Origin: Candidatus Poribacteria bacterium
Lineage (GTDB): Bacteria; Poribacteria; WGA-4E; WGA-3G
Assembly: GCA_965205025.1 (NCBI GenBank)
Contig: CBDBFU010000011.1
Coordinates: forward strand, 106,653-170,652
Reading direction: 5' to 3'
DNA: 64,000 nucleotides
Shown: in pieces, positions 49,265-61,622 of the stretch
Layout of the letters: the number at the start of each line of letters is the position of its first letter
How positions within the stretch are numbered: position 1 is the stretch's first letter
The notes under the pieces: model-generated
What the model was told of the DNA's origin: nothing
Database searches by the model: none
Seen by the model: only the letters and a program-made list of their open reading frames with translations
Program-made: the position numbers and the translations under genes

Positions 49265-50563
49265 TCATTTAGTAGAGGATAACAAATTACATTGACCTTT
49301 GAAGTATGGACATTTATCTATAATATCATCAATTTCTTGTACTGTGAACCCAATCAATTTAAGAAATTGGAGTCGAAAAAGTACATTCATTTTAATACAA
49401 AGAAAATTTAATAGCTGCCCTTTAGCAGATTCTTGCTCTAATTCTGGATTAAGATGTGTGCGATAGTTACGTGTTTTAACAATCTTGTCAATCATCCCTG
49501 GTCTTCTGTCTCCACACATATATTTTTCAAATGGATCGGTCAATTGCTCTATCCTATCTCTTAGTGGCATTTTATTACCTGTTAGGCTATGGAATGCTTC
49601 TAAGCCTTGTATCAAAGTTAGAAAATGCATATTCAATGATGGTACCGTACCAGTTTTTGTACGGAAGTATAATTCTAAGGCAGGTGATATCTCATCGTAA
49701 TTTTCTATCCATAGATTTATCATACTTTCAAAACGCTGTTGGTAGTCTGTAAACTTAAACAACATATCAAGCTGATTGATATCGGGTTCATTTTCAGCAT
49801 AAGGCCAAGTTGGATTATAAACCCCAACAGTTATCGGATAAGTGCGTCCATCTCCAAAATCTTGTTGTAGACTTTCAGATGTAGTTGACATGTTATCTAT
49901 AGACACTATTTCATTCATAACAAAACACAGAAATCCTGCAATCATATTTGCCACAGATATGAATTCGTCTAACCCACAACTATCCTCTGAAACCAATTTG
50001 AAGTAAGTATTTTCGATCACTTCTGCATTCCTAACTATTGGAAGTATAGGAGGAGTGTATGCAAAAGTTATATACAACTGCATTCCATTTCTAAGTTCGA
50101 AATCTAAATTTGATGGTCTTTTATAGGATATTGTCAAAGCATTCTCTAAATTGTCTTCAACTTTAATACCACTGATTCCCACCCATTCTTCAATTCCTTC
50201 TACAGAAAAACTGAAAGTATTAAATTGTAGATTTGGGTTTTCATCATAAGGAAAACTGGTTAATAACCTGTCTGCTAAAATAACATCACCTCCCATCACT
50301 CTACCATGTGTAATATTAGTCCTTTTTTGTTGGCTATAACACCTATCAATTAGAATAGGTCCATCCTTTTCAACATGACCAATTATCTGGTTTAAACCTT
50401 CAGTTGGTCCAAATATTGATTCCAAATTGGTATCAATCGGTTGCATAAGGTCAAGTTTTATGGTACCACCATCTGATATTGTAAGGGTACCGTCGATTTC
50501 TCTTTCTGGTTTAGAAGGCAACCAAAACCTGCCGGATCTCTTTATCTCTTCTTTAATTCTCAT
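49265..50563 (-). CDS. ApeA-like protein (N-terminal beta domain + HEPN)
   Basis: GRFWLP...GTLTISDGG N-terminus; FLTLIQGLEAFH and the RNYRTH (Rx4H) HEPN motif. Confidence 0.82.
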   Translation of the reverse strand: MRIKEEIKRSGRFWLPSKPEREIDGTLTISDGGTIKLDLMQPIDTNLESIFGPTEGLNQIIGHVEKDGPILIDRCYSQQKRTNITHGRVMGGDVILADRLLTSFPYDENPNLQFNTFSFSVEGIEEWVGISGIKVEDNLENALTISYKRPSNLDFELRNGMQLYITFAYTPPILPIVRNAEVIENTYFKLVSEDSCGLDEFISVANMIAGFLCFVMNEIVSIDNMSTTSESLQQDFGDGRTYPITVGVYNPTWPYAENEPDINQLDMLFKFTDYQQRFESMINLWIENYDEISPALELYFRTKTGTVPSLNMHFLTLIQGLEAFHSLTGNKMPLRDRIEQLTDPFEKYMCGDRRPGMIDKIVKTRNYRTHLNPELEQESAKGQLLNFLCIKMNVLFRLQFLKLIGFTVQEIDDIIDKCPYFKGQCNLLSSTK

Positions 50564-50810
50564 TGGATTTTCCTTACTGTTTTCTTATTTCATATAATCG
50601 TTTATGATTGAGTGTATTGTCATAGTATTCAATGAGAATTGTTCAGGATTTTCTCACAAGTACTTGACATCTTACAACTAAAATTTCGTAGTTAAATTTG
50701 GGTTTTGGAATTTAACCCCTTATGGGTTACAATATGTGTTAACTATCAAATTACGTTGTCATAACTATTAACATTTCAACTAAATGTATAATAATTAGGA
50801 GAAATATAAA

Positions 50811-51194
50811 ATGCAAAGAATTTACACCACAACAACGACTAAAACTGGGATAAATGGAACGATCTATCGGAAAAAAGGTGAAACTAAGTATATTCGAGTA
50901 GGTAAAATTACTGGATGGACTTTACAACTTAAACAAGAAAGAATCCAAGCAACTTTACAGGGTGGAATTGAAGACTTTTCTGGTCATCAAGACTGGGAAG
51001 TGGATGTAGATGGAATTTTCATTGATGATGTTACCAAAATCGGTGAAGTATATCTAAAATTACACTCCTTTGAGGGTACAAAAGTAACTTATGAAGGAAC
51101 TGGAATTTTACAGGATTTCTCTCCCACAAATGAACCAGATAAATTCAGTGGAAAGATAATGGGGAATGGTCGACTTGAAATTTCAGAAACATGA
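50811..51194 (+). CDS. Orphan phage tail-tube-like protein
   Basis: AGGAG RBS; G..G.IY, VGKITGWTL, G..DW.V.VDG.F, YEGTGIL, FSGKIMGNGRL follow the siphophage tail-tube pattern. Confidence 0.65.
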   Translation: MQRIYTTTTTKTGINGTIYRKKGETKYIRVGKITGWTLQLKQERIQATLQGGIEDFSGHQDWEVDVDGIFIDDVTKIGEVYLKLHSFEGTKVTYEGTGILQDFSPTNEPDKFSGKIMGNGRLEISET

Positions 51195-51247
51195 TTTTTT
51201 CAAAACAGTCATCAATAAGAAATCCAATGGAAGTTGGTAGGATAGCA

Positions 51248-54200
51248 TTACTCATCAGTTATCTCAGAAGGTAAACCCTCAATTATCTTAGTAGACTCAA
51301 CACTTACGTAAACAATCCGTTCTATCGCAGTGATAAGGTCCCGAGGATTTTCAAACCAACCGTTTGGATCATTGACTATACCACTTTTCTTATCTGTTGT
51401 TATTTTATAACGATTGATAAACCATTCCAACGGAGTTCTCCCATTGACTACATAACGATGTGCTTCCTCTGGAATTCCTGATATTTGGATATGTTCATTA
51501 ATGATGAGCACATCTTTCTTGTTTTTATCTTTGTATTTCATTGCCTTTGTTCCCAGTAGGAAATACTCAGGTTCCTCTTGATACAGTAATTGTTGTTGTT
51601 GTTGGGCAGACTCAACTTTGAGATTGGAGTATTTTTCACATGTTTCATAATTAAGATGTAGATCTGCAAGTGCTTTACCAGCATCTGCAAAGGCGCGGAA
51701 GTCTGGAGCATAAGGGATACGTGGGAGCATCTTTGACAAGTCGTTTGCGAACTGTTCTTTATAACTTGGAGAGTGTAGGATCCCGTAAACATAGTTGAAG
51801 ATGTCATTTCTTGTGATTGAGTCGTCGCAGTAGTTTTCTTTGAAGGCGTGCAATGCTGTATCTGATATGTTGTCAATACGTATTCTTTCGTTTTCCATCG
51901 TAATTTGCGATTGGGCAGTTGGTTTGAGATAACGCCATCGAGGGAAGCATTGTGCTGCTTCAACAAAATGCAAGTCTGGCATTTTATTAGTTATAAGAGA
52001 AGAAAATAACTTGCTACCTCCTCTTCCAGGGAAGCATATCACGCGGTTTTTACTTGATTTATTTGGAAAAATTAAATCCTGCTGGTATTTGCAATTTGCA
52101 AATGTGTAGTCAACATAACCATTTGATTTTACAAATGGTCGGTAAGCCACCGTTCTTATATAACTCTCATCAAATTCGGTAGTTCTTCTTCGTCTTAGAT
52201 TATTCTCAAGTTCCCTATCCCATCTGACATTTGCTGTGTGTCTACGTGCCACAACGTCCTCTGAGAGTTCAGTATTTTCCTCAAGCTCAGAAAGTGCATT
52301 TAGATAATCCTGTGTCATTAATTCGGCATTTGCAGCACAAGCATTCCGTGAGAAATTATAGATGTAGGCATCTCTACTCGTAGCCAATCCTCTTGAATAT
52401 AACACGAATATTGCATTATCTGCTTTTCCTGCTTTTGCTTCTTTTGTTCCAAGTGGGTAGAAATCTGTAAATACATCGCTGCGTTGATTAATCCAATCGT
52501 AGTATTGGTTTGGTAGGATAACTTGCCAATCATTGAAACGTTTTACTGAAGCCGTTTCACTAAGTATTCCTAACTTCTGTTTACGTTTTAAATGTCCCCC
52601 AATATCTCTGTAATGAATTCGGTATTCCTCGTGCACAGCATCTGTATTTTTTACCAGTATCGTGATTGCCACTGGTGATTGTGTAGCATTACCGAAGACA
52701 CCTTCTCCCTGATATTTTCCTTGTTCTCCGTGTATCCTTGCATCTCCTAATAAGTTAAGAACATAAATTGAGTTGAACTCTTTTGGTAAACATGCACGGA
52801 TTCCCGCGTCAACGTTTCCATCTATCCAAGAAGCAGGTGTGACAAAGGCGACAATTCCATTTTCTTGTTCTTGAAGTCTATCAGTTGCCCACCGGAACGC
52901 CATCTTGTATGTGTCATAAAGGCTACTCTTCAAGGTAGCTGTCGTATATGCTGCGTAGGTTTCACTAATACGCTTTTCAAGTTCAGGATACTCAACGTTA
53001 GGGTTATCATCCGCAGAACTTTTTTGCCATGCTGACCATGGTGGATTGCCCATAATAACCTCTATCGGAATATTTTGCTGACGTTCAACTCGTTCGTTGT
53101 TTTCTACCATCTGTTGTTCTTCAGGAAGAAGGGGTGGGTCTTTCTCTGCTTTGTATAGATTGAATGTATCTGTTAGAACGATACCGTCAAAAGAAACATG
53201 TCTTTCGTTTTCTCCATGCTGTCCTTGATAGGCTTCTTCAATATTAACAGATGCAATGTAGTATGCAAGTAAGAGGATTTCGTTTGCGTGGAGTTCCTTC
53301 TTATATTTCCTTTCGAGATCTTCAGATTGGAGGAGTCCAGACTGCAGTAATTGCACAAGGAATGTACCAGTACCTGTGAACGGATCAAGGATATGAACAC
53401 CTTCATCGGTAAGGTTCTTGCCAAACTCCTCTTGTAAAACATCATTAACACTATGAATTATGAAGTCAACTAATTCAATAGGTGTGTATGCGATACCAAG
53501 TCGTTCGGATTCCTTTTTCAATGCTTTTCGAAAAAACTGTTCGTAAAGATCTGATAACACCTTCTGTTTTCCATCTCTGCTTTTAACACCACTTGCTCGT
53601 TTGCGGACACTATCATAGAAACCTTTTAGATCTCGCGTTTCAGTCTCAAGTCCAAATTTCAAAAATACATCCTCTAATTTATTTAAGGCTTTTGATACAG
53701 GATTCCTGGATGAAAAGTCATAATCTTCAAAAAGGGCATCAAAGACAGGCCGTGTTATAATGTGTTGTGCAAACATAGCAATAGCATTTTTATGAGTTAT
53801 TGAAGAATTAATCGTTTTCTTCAATTCAGTGTGGAAACTTTCGACTCGTTTAGTCAATGTTGCATTATTTGGATTATTCAGGAGATTTTCAATTCGTTCA
53901 ACAAGACGTTCAAAAATGTCTGCGACTTCCTTTGCCCAATTCTCCCAGTATGGTTTGTCGCCACACTTGTCAACAATTTTTGAAAGTATTGACTCTACAG
54001 GAATTTCAATTGGCATTAGTGGTAACTGTGTTCCTATCCAATCAGAACCATTACTACCTGATCCCCCAATAACTATAGAGTCAGGTAGTTCTTTATTCAG
54101 ATCAATACTGTTAATTTTAGCATCAAGTCTATCATCATGTGAACGGAGGGCGTTTAGGACACTCCAGACATTTGAGAATCTTTCATTGTCATCCAGAGCA

Positions 54201-56059
54201 GCAGCAGGATCTCTATCTTCAGGGATTGCAACGGGTAGGACAACATAACCAAATTCTTTTCCAGGGGCTTTACGCATGACGCGACCTACTGCTTGTACAA
54301 CGTCAATATGTGATTTTCGGGGTTTATAGAATATCACAGCATCAAGTGCAGGTACATCTATACCCTCAGAAAGACATCTTGCATTAGAGAGGATACGACA
54401 AACACCATCAACATTACTTTTTAACCAATCAAGGTTTGCCTTCCGATTAAGTGCATGTACTGTTCCGTCAACATGTTTTGCTTCACATTCAAAATTGTAT
54501 GGAATTTCATCATCTGATAGATTCTTAGTCGCATCATCAATAACATCATTCCAATAGTGTGCCAATGCCCTTGATTCGTCAATTCTATTTGTAAATGCAA
54601 TAACCCGTCTTAGAGGTCTGATTGTTTCATCATTCTTGTCTTTATCTTCTGGATTTTGCAATGCACGCCAACACCCTACGATCCGTGTCGCATCGTTTAT
54701 GTTGATTTCACCACCGTATAGACCAGTATCACCTTCCAAAGCAGAATTGACTTCAGATTCAGATATTCCAAATATAGCAACCTTGTAATCAGAAAGTTCT
54801 CCTATTTCAACTGCTTTAGAGAATGGTAATCTGTGAAATTCAGGTCCATATTTTTCCTCATCATCCATAGAAAACACGTCGACATTATAATCAGCTGCTT
54901 GTGTCTTAGCATTTGTAGTGTATAGTCTTGGAGTGGCTGTCATATAGAGACGTTTATTCGCACGGATTTTATTTGTATCATGAACAAGAAGAAAAGGTGA
55001 TGTCTTATCACCAGGTTTGTCAACACCTGTTGTTTTATGTGCTTCATCACAAAATATAATATCAAACTGTGGAGCACCATTTGCTTGTGCATGTTCAATG
55101 AGAGGTAATGACTGATAAGTGCAAAAAACTACCGTCATTTTTCCTGTTTCGGTATTTTGTAATGAAGTGATGATAGATGCAGGGTTCGTAGTAACAGGAA
55201 TTTTGAGTTCTTGAATGGATGCATCCTCTGAAGTATCTCCAGCTCTGGTATCGGAACAAATACCTATATAACTATGGTCAATACCACGTTGGTCAGACCA
55301 CTCTCGCATTGATTGTGCTAACAGACTAATAGAAGGAACAAGATACAACACTCTACCATCTTCACCTGAGATTTCTTCAGCAATTTTTAGTGCGGTAAAG
55401 GTTTTACCAGTTCCACATGCCATTATGAGTTTGCCACGATCATGCTCATTTAATCCCTTAACTACATCATCAAATGCCTCTTTTTGATGTTTTTTTAGAC
55501 TGTATAGTCTCTGTTTATATGAGAGCTGCTCAGGTTCCTGTAAGCTTAAATCTGGCCACTCATAAGGACTGTTTTCCAGATCATTGAAGCGGACGACTCG
55601 GAATCTGTCCCCTAATGGTTCGACCAATCTTAATGCATTAGGTCCCAATTCACCACCTGTATTTACAAGTATACGAAGATTATCACCAAATGGGGGAAGT
55701 GATGCAGTTGCAAGAAATGAGTTTAGATCACCCATAGAAATCCGAGTTTCAGGGGAATAACATTTACATTGGATTGCACAGAATCCGCCATCGTGTTTTT
55801 TCGCCACAAGATCAACACCAATGTCTGTACCGTCAAACTCTGATCGTAGTTGTGCCCATTGATTCCAAAGCCATACTTCAGAGAACTGTTCTTTGTAGTC
55901 TGGATCTTCACTGAAATATTTCAGCATTAAGCGTTCAAATAATTCCCCTTTTTTCCTCTCGGACTTGGCCTGTTCCCTGATGTAATTAAGAATACCTTGA
56001 AAGTCAGGATTTGTGGTTTCTGTTCCGAAATCAAAATAGGTTTGTGAGGCTTCTGACAT
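51248..56059 (-). CDS. Type ISP restriction-modification enzyme (LlaGI/LlaBIII-like)
   Basis: Mrr-like D.GVD...IQCK, ACGTGKT, DEAH, QAVGRVMR, LDPFTGTGTF, NPPW and a C-terminal TRD (YRPF...PRIP). Confidence 0.95.
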   Translation of the reverse strand: MSEASQTYFDFGTETTNPDFQGILNYIREQAKSERKKGELFERLMLKYFSEDPDYKEQFSEVWLWNQWAQLRSEFDGTDIGVDLVAKKHDGGFCAIQCKCYSPETRISMGDLNSFLATASLPPFGDNLRILVNTGGELGPNALRLVEPLGDRFRVVRFNDLENSPYEWPDLSLQEPEQLSYKQRLYSLKKHQKEAFDDVVKGLNEHDRGKLIMACGTGKTFTALKIAEEISGEDGRVLYLVPSISLLAQSMREWSDQRGIDHSYIGICSDTRAGDTSEDASIQELKIPVTTNPASIITSLQNTETGKMTVVFCTYQSLPLIEHAQANGAPQFDIIFCDEAHKTTGVDKPGDKTSPFLLVHDTNKIRANKRLYMTATPRLYTTNAKTQAADYNVDVFSMDDEEKYGPEFHRLPFSKAVEIGELSDYKVAIFGISESEVNSALEGDTGLYGGEININDATRIVGCWRALQNPEDKDKNDETIRPLRRVIAFTNRIDESRALAHYWNDVIDDATKNLSDDEIPYNFECEAKHVDGTVHALNRKANLDWLKSNVDGVCRILSNARCLSEGIDVPALDAVIFYKPRKSHIDVVQAVGRVMRKAPGKEFGYVVLPVAIPEDRDPAAALDDNERFSNVWSVLNALRSHDDRLDAKINSIDLNKELPDSIVIGGSGSNGSDWIGTQLPLMPIEIPVESILSKIVDKCGDKPYWENWAKEVADIFERLVERIENLLNNPNNATLTKRVESFHTELKKTINSSITHKNAIAMFAQHIITRPVFDALFEDYDFSSRNPVSKALNKLEDVFLKFGLETETRDLKGFYDSVRKRASGVKSRDGKQKVLSDLYEQFFRKALKKESERLGIAYTPIELVDFIIHSVNDVLQEEFGKNLTDEGVHILDPFTGTGTFLVQLLQSGLLQSEDLERKYKKELHANEILLLAYYIASVNIEEAYQGQHGENERHVSFDGIVLTDTFNLYKAEKDPPLLPEEQQMVENNERVERQQNIPIEVIMGNPPWSAWQKSSADDNPNVEYPELEKRISETYAAYTTATLKSSLYDTYKMAFRWATDRLQEQENGIVAFVTPASWIDGNVDAGIRACLPKEFNSIYVLNLLGDARIHGEQGKYQGEGVFGNATQSPVAITILVKNTDAVHEEYRIHYRDIGGHLKRKQKLGILSETASVKRFNDWQVILPNQYYDWINQRSDVFTDFYPLGTKEAKAGKADNAIFVLYSRGLATSRDAYIYNFSRNACAANAELMTQDYLNALSELEENTELSEDVVARRHTANVRWDRELENNLRRRRTTEFDESYIRTVAYRPFVKSNGYVDYTFANCKYQQDLIFPNKSSKNRVICFPGRGGSKLFSSLITNKMPDLHFVEAAQCFPRWRYLKPTAQSQITMENERIRIDNISDTALHAFKENYCDDSITRNDIFNYVYGILHSPSYKEQFANDLSKMLPRIPYAPDFRAFADAGKALADLHLNYETCEKYSNLKVESAQQQQQLLYQEEPEYFLLGTKAMKYKDKNKKDVLIINEHIQISGIPEEAHRYVVNGRTPLEWFINRYKITTDKKSGIVNDPNGWFENPRDLITAIERIVYVSVESTKIIEGLPSEITDE

Positions 56060-57113
56060 ACATTTCTCCTGTATACAATATTACTGCAAAACACAATCCA
56101 CTTCTTAGGAATGATGGTTAATCTTTTTGTATAAATTCATTCATAGATTACTGCGTATTGTAAAATATGTCAAGTTATTAGAGTGTGATACGTGTGTTAG
56201 ATTCTTGCTTCCATACAATCCTTATAACCGATAACCTTTCCGTGAAATCTGTGTAATACGCAAGTAAGATAACTGGGTAACAAATGGTTGTCAGTTATTA
56301 GTTGTAGGTAGGTGTGACTAATTGATTTTGGATTACGAGATTGAAACAGTGAAGATATGATATTGGTTGTATTGGTTAATATATCCGTAGAAAATTAAAG
56401 ATTCTCGATTACGTTGAAGGATCGGAATCCCCTCCTACAGAATGTAAGAAATATAAACTGTAATACCATTTCTAATAAATTATATCACATTTTGAATTTT
56501 AGTTATATAATCATACTTTGTTATACTCTCAATAGCGATTTTCGTGTAGCTTCGTATGATCTCAGTGAGTTTATCCTACATCTCTTGTGATGAAGTCAGC
56601 ACATTAAAATTACTCTTACTATGTAAGTTTTATTAACAAAAAACCCTAAGACTAAGTGTCTTTAAATTAATTTCCCTACTCTTACTCAATTGATAAATAT
56701 AATATTGATACTCATGATATTTCAAATTTATTTTATGAATTACTAAGCTTGATAATTCCACAAGCAATTTAGAGTTTATAGGGATTTATAGCATAAGAAT
56801 AGTATTAAGTTATATTAGTCCATCTTTGTCTCATTGGACTACTGTTTACTATTTGTTATATATTCATGGATTTTATAGAAGGCACATTTAGATATGATAA
56901 TTAGACATAATAAAATATATTTGCATTAAATAAAATCTTATGTTAAACTACATTTCACGTTTTCCATTAATTTACCTCTTGTATTCATAATTAAATTGAT
57001 TTTGTAGATATACAGATTCAATTTACTGTTGTTGGAGAGGGACGCAGAATCATTTACAAGAATAAATTATAAATATTCTGGAAGACGTAACATGAATTTT
57101 TTGTATCAAAATC

Positions 57114-57136
57114 ATTAAGGTTTTGCATTCCTTAAT
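57114..57136. promoter_or_regulatory. Candidate operator upstream of the XRE gene
   Basis: ATTAAGG-N9-CCTTAAT, 32 bp before the start codon. Confidence 0.35.
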
Positions 57137-57168
57137 CTTCAATATACATACACCAAAGGAATTACAAC

Positions 57169-57534
57169 ATGAGTGATGAAGTCATTTCGCGTATAAAGCA
57201 ACGCCGTCGTGAGCTTAAAATGACACAAACGGAATTAGCAAAAGCAGCGAATTTAACTCCTGCTGCTATTTCCCAGTTTGAGTCTGGAACTCGTAAACCT
57301 TCTTTTAATACACTTTCAAGTTTATCCGATGCATTGAAGGTTACAACAGATTTTCTGCTCGGAAAGAAAGAGCGGGGTTATGACGACTTATTGGCTGATC
57401 CAAAGGTCAACTTGATGTTCAGAGGAATGATGGAATTTACAGAAAAAGATAAAGACACACTTTATGAATTCTATGCATTTCTTAAGTCAAAAGCAGAATC
57501 CGTACCAGGCGAAGGTTCAGAGGATGCTGAGTAG
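57169..57534 (+). CDS. XRE-family HTH transcriptional regulator
   Basis: MTQTELAKAANLTPAAISQFESGTRKPS...LKVTTDFLLG. Confidence 0.93.
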   Translation: MSDEVISRIKQRRRELKMTQTELAKAANLTPAAISQFESGTRKPSFNTLSSLSDALKVTTDFLLGKKERGYDDLLADPKVNLMFRGMMEFTEKDKDTLYEFYAFLKSKAESVPGEGSEDAE

Positions 57535-58378
57535 TCGATTCAAATATACGAAGGGTAGCCCTGCAGCTAAAGCATGGGGTATCCTTCGCTCTTTAAAAAT
57601 ACAAGACTTTCCAATTGACCCCAGATGTATCGCAGAATTACTCGGTATTGTAATTTGGGAGCGAGAACTTCCAGATAACTGTGATGGTTGTTTGATGCGT
57701 GTTGGGAGTGCATCGGGTATCCTCGTCAACACACGTATACGATCTGAAACCAGGAGAAAGTTTACCATTGCCCATGAAATAGGACATTATCTGTTAGAAG
57801 ACGATACCACTGGAGATCAACGAAATACAGTATTTGAGAAACCAAATGAATACACCATTAAAGAAAATTCACAGAAAAAATCATATCTTCAAAGTGAAAA
57901 CAGAGCAAATCAATTTGCAGTTGAATTGTTGATGCCTACTCCCATCTTTTTAGCTGACTCATCCATACTTTCACAAGTAGGCTTACCCGCAATCACCGTA
58001 TTGGCATCACAATATGGTACATCTTTTACAAGCACAGGGATTCATTATACTCGGTTATCTGATCATGCTTGTGCAATTGTGTTCTCTGAGGCAGGGATCA
58101 TTCGATATTTTGCGTATTCCAATAAATTTCGTAAAAATAGAGATTGCTATCTGGTAAACGGGCAGCCAATTCACCCAAAGGCATTAGCATCTCGATTTGC
58201 TAATGAAGTTTGTATTGATGATGAAATGGATGAAGTTCCCTTAGAATACTGGTGTCAACCTAATCAACACCGACCATATAAGGATCATTCGGCAGGTAAA
58301 AATAACAAAATTATTGAACATTCACGTCGAATCCCAAATACAAAACAAGTAATTACTTTCCTACGTCTCCCCCAATAA
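57524..58378 (+). CDS. ImmA/IrrE family Zn metallopeptidase
   Basis: RKFTIAHEIGH and ENRANQFAVELLMP; ATG 57524 overlaps the end of the XRE gene. Confidence 0.92.
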   Translation: MLSSRFKYTKGSPAAKAWGILRSLKIQDFPIDPRCIAELLGIVIWERELPDNCDGCLMRVGSASGILVNTRIRSETRRKFTIAHEIGHYLLEDDTTGDQRNTVFEKPNEYTIKENSQKKSYLQSENRANQFAVELLMPTPIFLADSSILSQVGLPAITVLASQYGTSFTSTGIHYTRLSDHACAIVFSEAGIIRYFAYSNKFRKNRDCYLVNGQPIHPKALASRFANEVCIDDEMDEVPLEYWCQPNQHRPYKDHSAGKNNKIIEHSRRIPNTKQVITFLRLPQ

Positions 58379-58477
58379 ATTACTGATATTTATCTCCCAT
58401 CACAGTTTCAACAATAAATCAACATATACACTCGGTTCAGTGTGTCTTGTGCGTAAGTATGATTTGTGTTAATACCA

Positions 58478-60657
<2,180 letters not shown>

Positions 60658-60692
60658 GGATTACGTTTGGGGAACTGAAGCTGTAATAAAAA

Positions 60693-60719
60693 AGAATGTG
60701 GTGTAAATTTCCACATTCT
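60693..60719 (-). terminator. Rho-independent terminator
   Basis: agaatgtgg/ccacattct stem followed by a T-run on the minus strand. Confidence 0.65.
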
Positions 60720-60779
60720 CTTGGTATAAATATATGGTTTTAACGGAAGCAAGGTTTTCTGCGTAGTGTGAGTGATTAT

Positions 60780-61079
60780 TTACTCTGGATGACGTTCTAC
60801 TTCGATCTCAAGCCATGAAGACCAGTTATTTATTTCGGCAATCGTTTTGGCATACTCCACCATTCTCTTAATAATATCTTCCAATTCGCTTGACTCAATA
60901 TCTTTAGGATAGCTAACCATTAACAAAAGAGTTTTTCCATCATTCTTTGGAAGATACAACCTACTGATTTTTCCTTTTAATAGTGTATCCATATATGGTG
61001 ATAATGAATTCAGCATAACTGTTAGCCATTCCAACCGGGATGGGATGTAATCTTCAAAACCGGGTGATCTTTCTGACAT
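60780..61079 (-). CDS. Hypothetical protein
   Basis: AGGAG RBS, 99 aa. Confidence 0.7.
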   Translation of the reverse strand: MSERSPGFEDYIPSRLEWLTVMLNSLSPYMDTLLKGKISRLYLPKNDGKTLLLMVSYPKDIESSELEDIIKRMVEYAKTIAEINNWSSWLEIEVERHPE

Positions 61080-61098
61080 CTTTAATCTCCTATATCTA

Positions 61099-61416
61099 TT
61101 ATTTCGAAACTATATTCAGAATTAAAGTAACAATTACACCAAGAATGCCAATGCCGCAAGCTATAACGAGATTAGTCATCGTCCGCATGGTGTTTCTTAT
61201 CTCTTTTATGTCATCTTTCAGATCTGTTTTAGCTTCTCTGATGTCTTTTTCAAGGTCTGATTTGAGCTGTGTAATGTCACTCTTAAGATCTGTTTTAACT
61301 TCTTTAATCCGTTCTTCAAGGCGCGACTCGACCTTAATTAGCTCAATGTCAGACTCTTCTTTGCTTTCCTTGTAGCCTTTTAGGTATTCAAGTATATTCT
61401 TTTGAGATCCCGCCAT
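61099..61416 (-). CDS. Membrane-anchored coiled-coil protein with 11-residue repeats (DUF1640/Bdr-like)
   Basis: IKEVKTDLKSD-ITQLKSDLEKD-IREAKTDLKDD, then a C-terminal TM helix. Confidence 0.78.
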   Translation of the reverse strand: MAGSQKNILEYLKGYKESKEESDIELIKVESRLEERIKEVKTDLKSDITQLKSDLEKDIREAKTDLKDDIKEIRNTMRTMTNLVIACGIGILGVIVTLILNIVSK

Positions 61417-61622
61417 GACCTGCTCCTTTTCTGGAAGTTGGAACTTGTATTATACACAGTTTACCAAAATATATCAAAAATGTGACAGAAAGATAGACCG
61501 GTATTTTCCCTTAATATTTAGCTTTACATATAATTCCATAGGGACAGTTTTAATGACGTTTTGCACGAAAAATCAGATATTGATTAACGGTTTGCTAAAG
61601 AATTCAGACAATTTGCGGATAT

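Noticed and set aside
44386-51194. Integron cassette array
   Set aside because: No paired RYYYAAC/GTTRRRY attC sites found between the genes and no integron integrase.
42795-58378. Intact prophage or ICE
   Set aside because: No integrase, capsid, portal, large terminase or conjugation genes; only isolated phage-like homologs.
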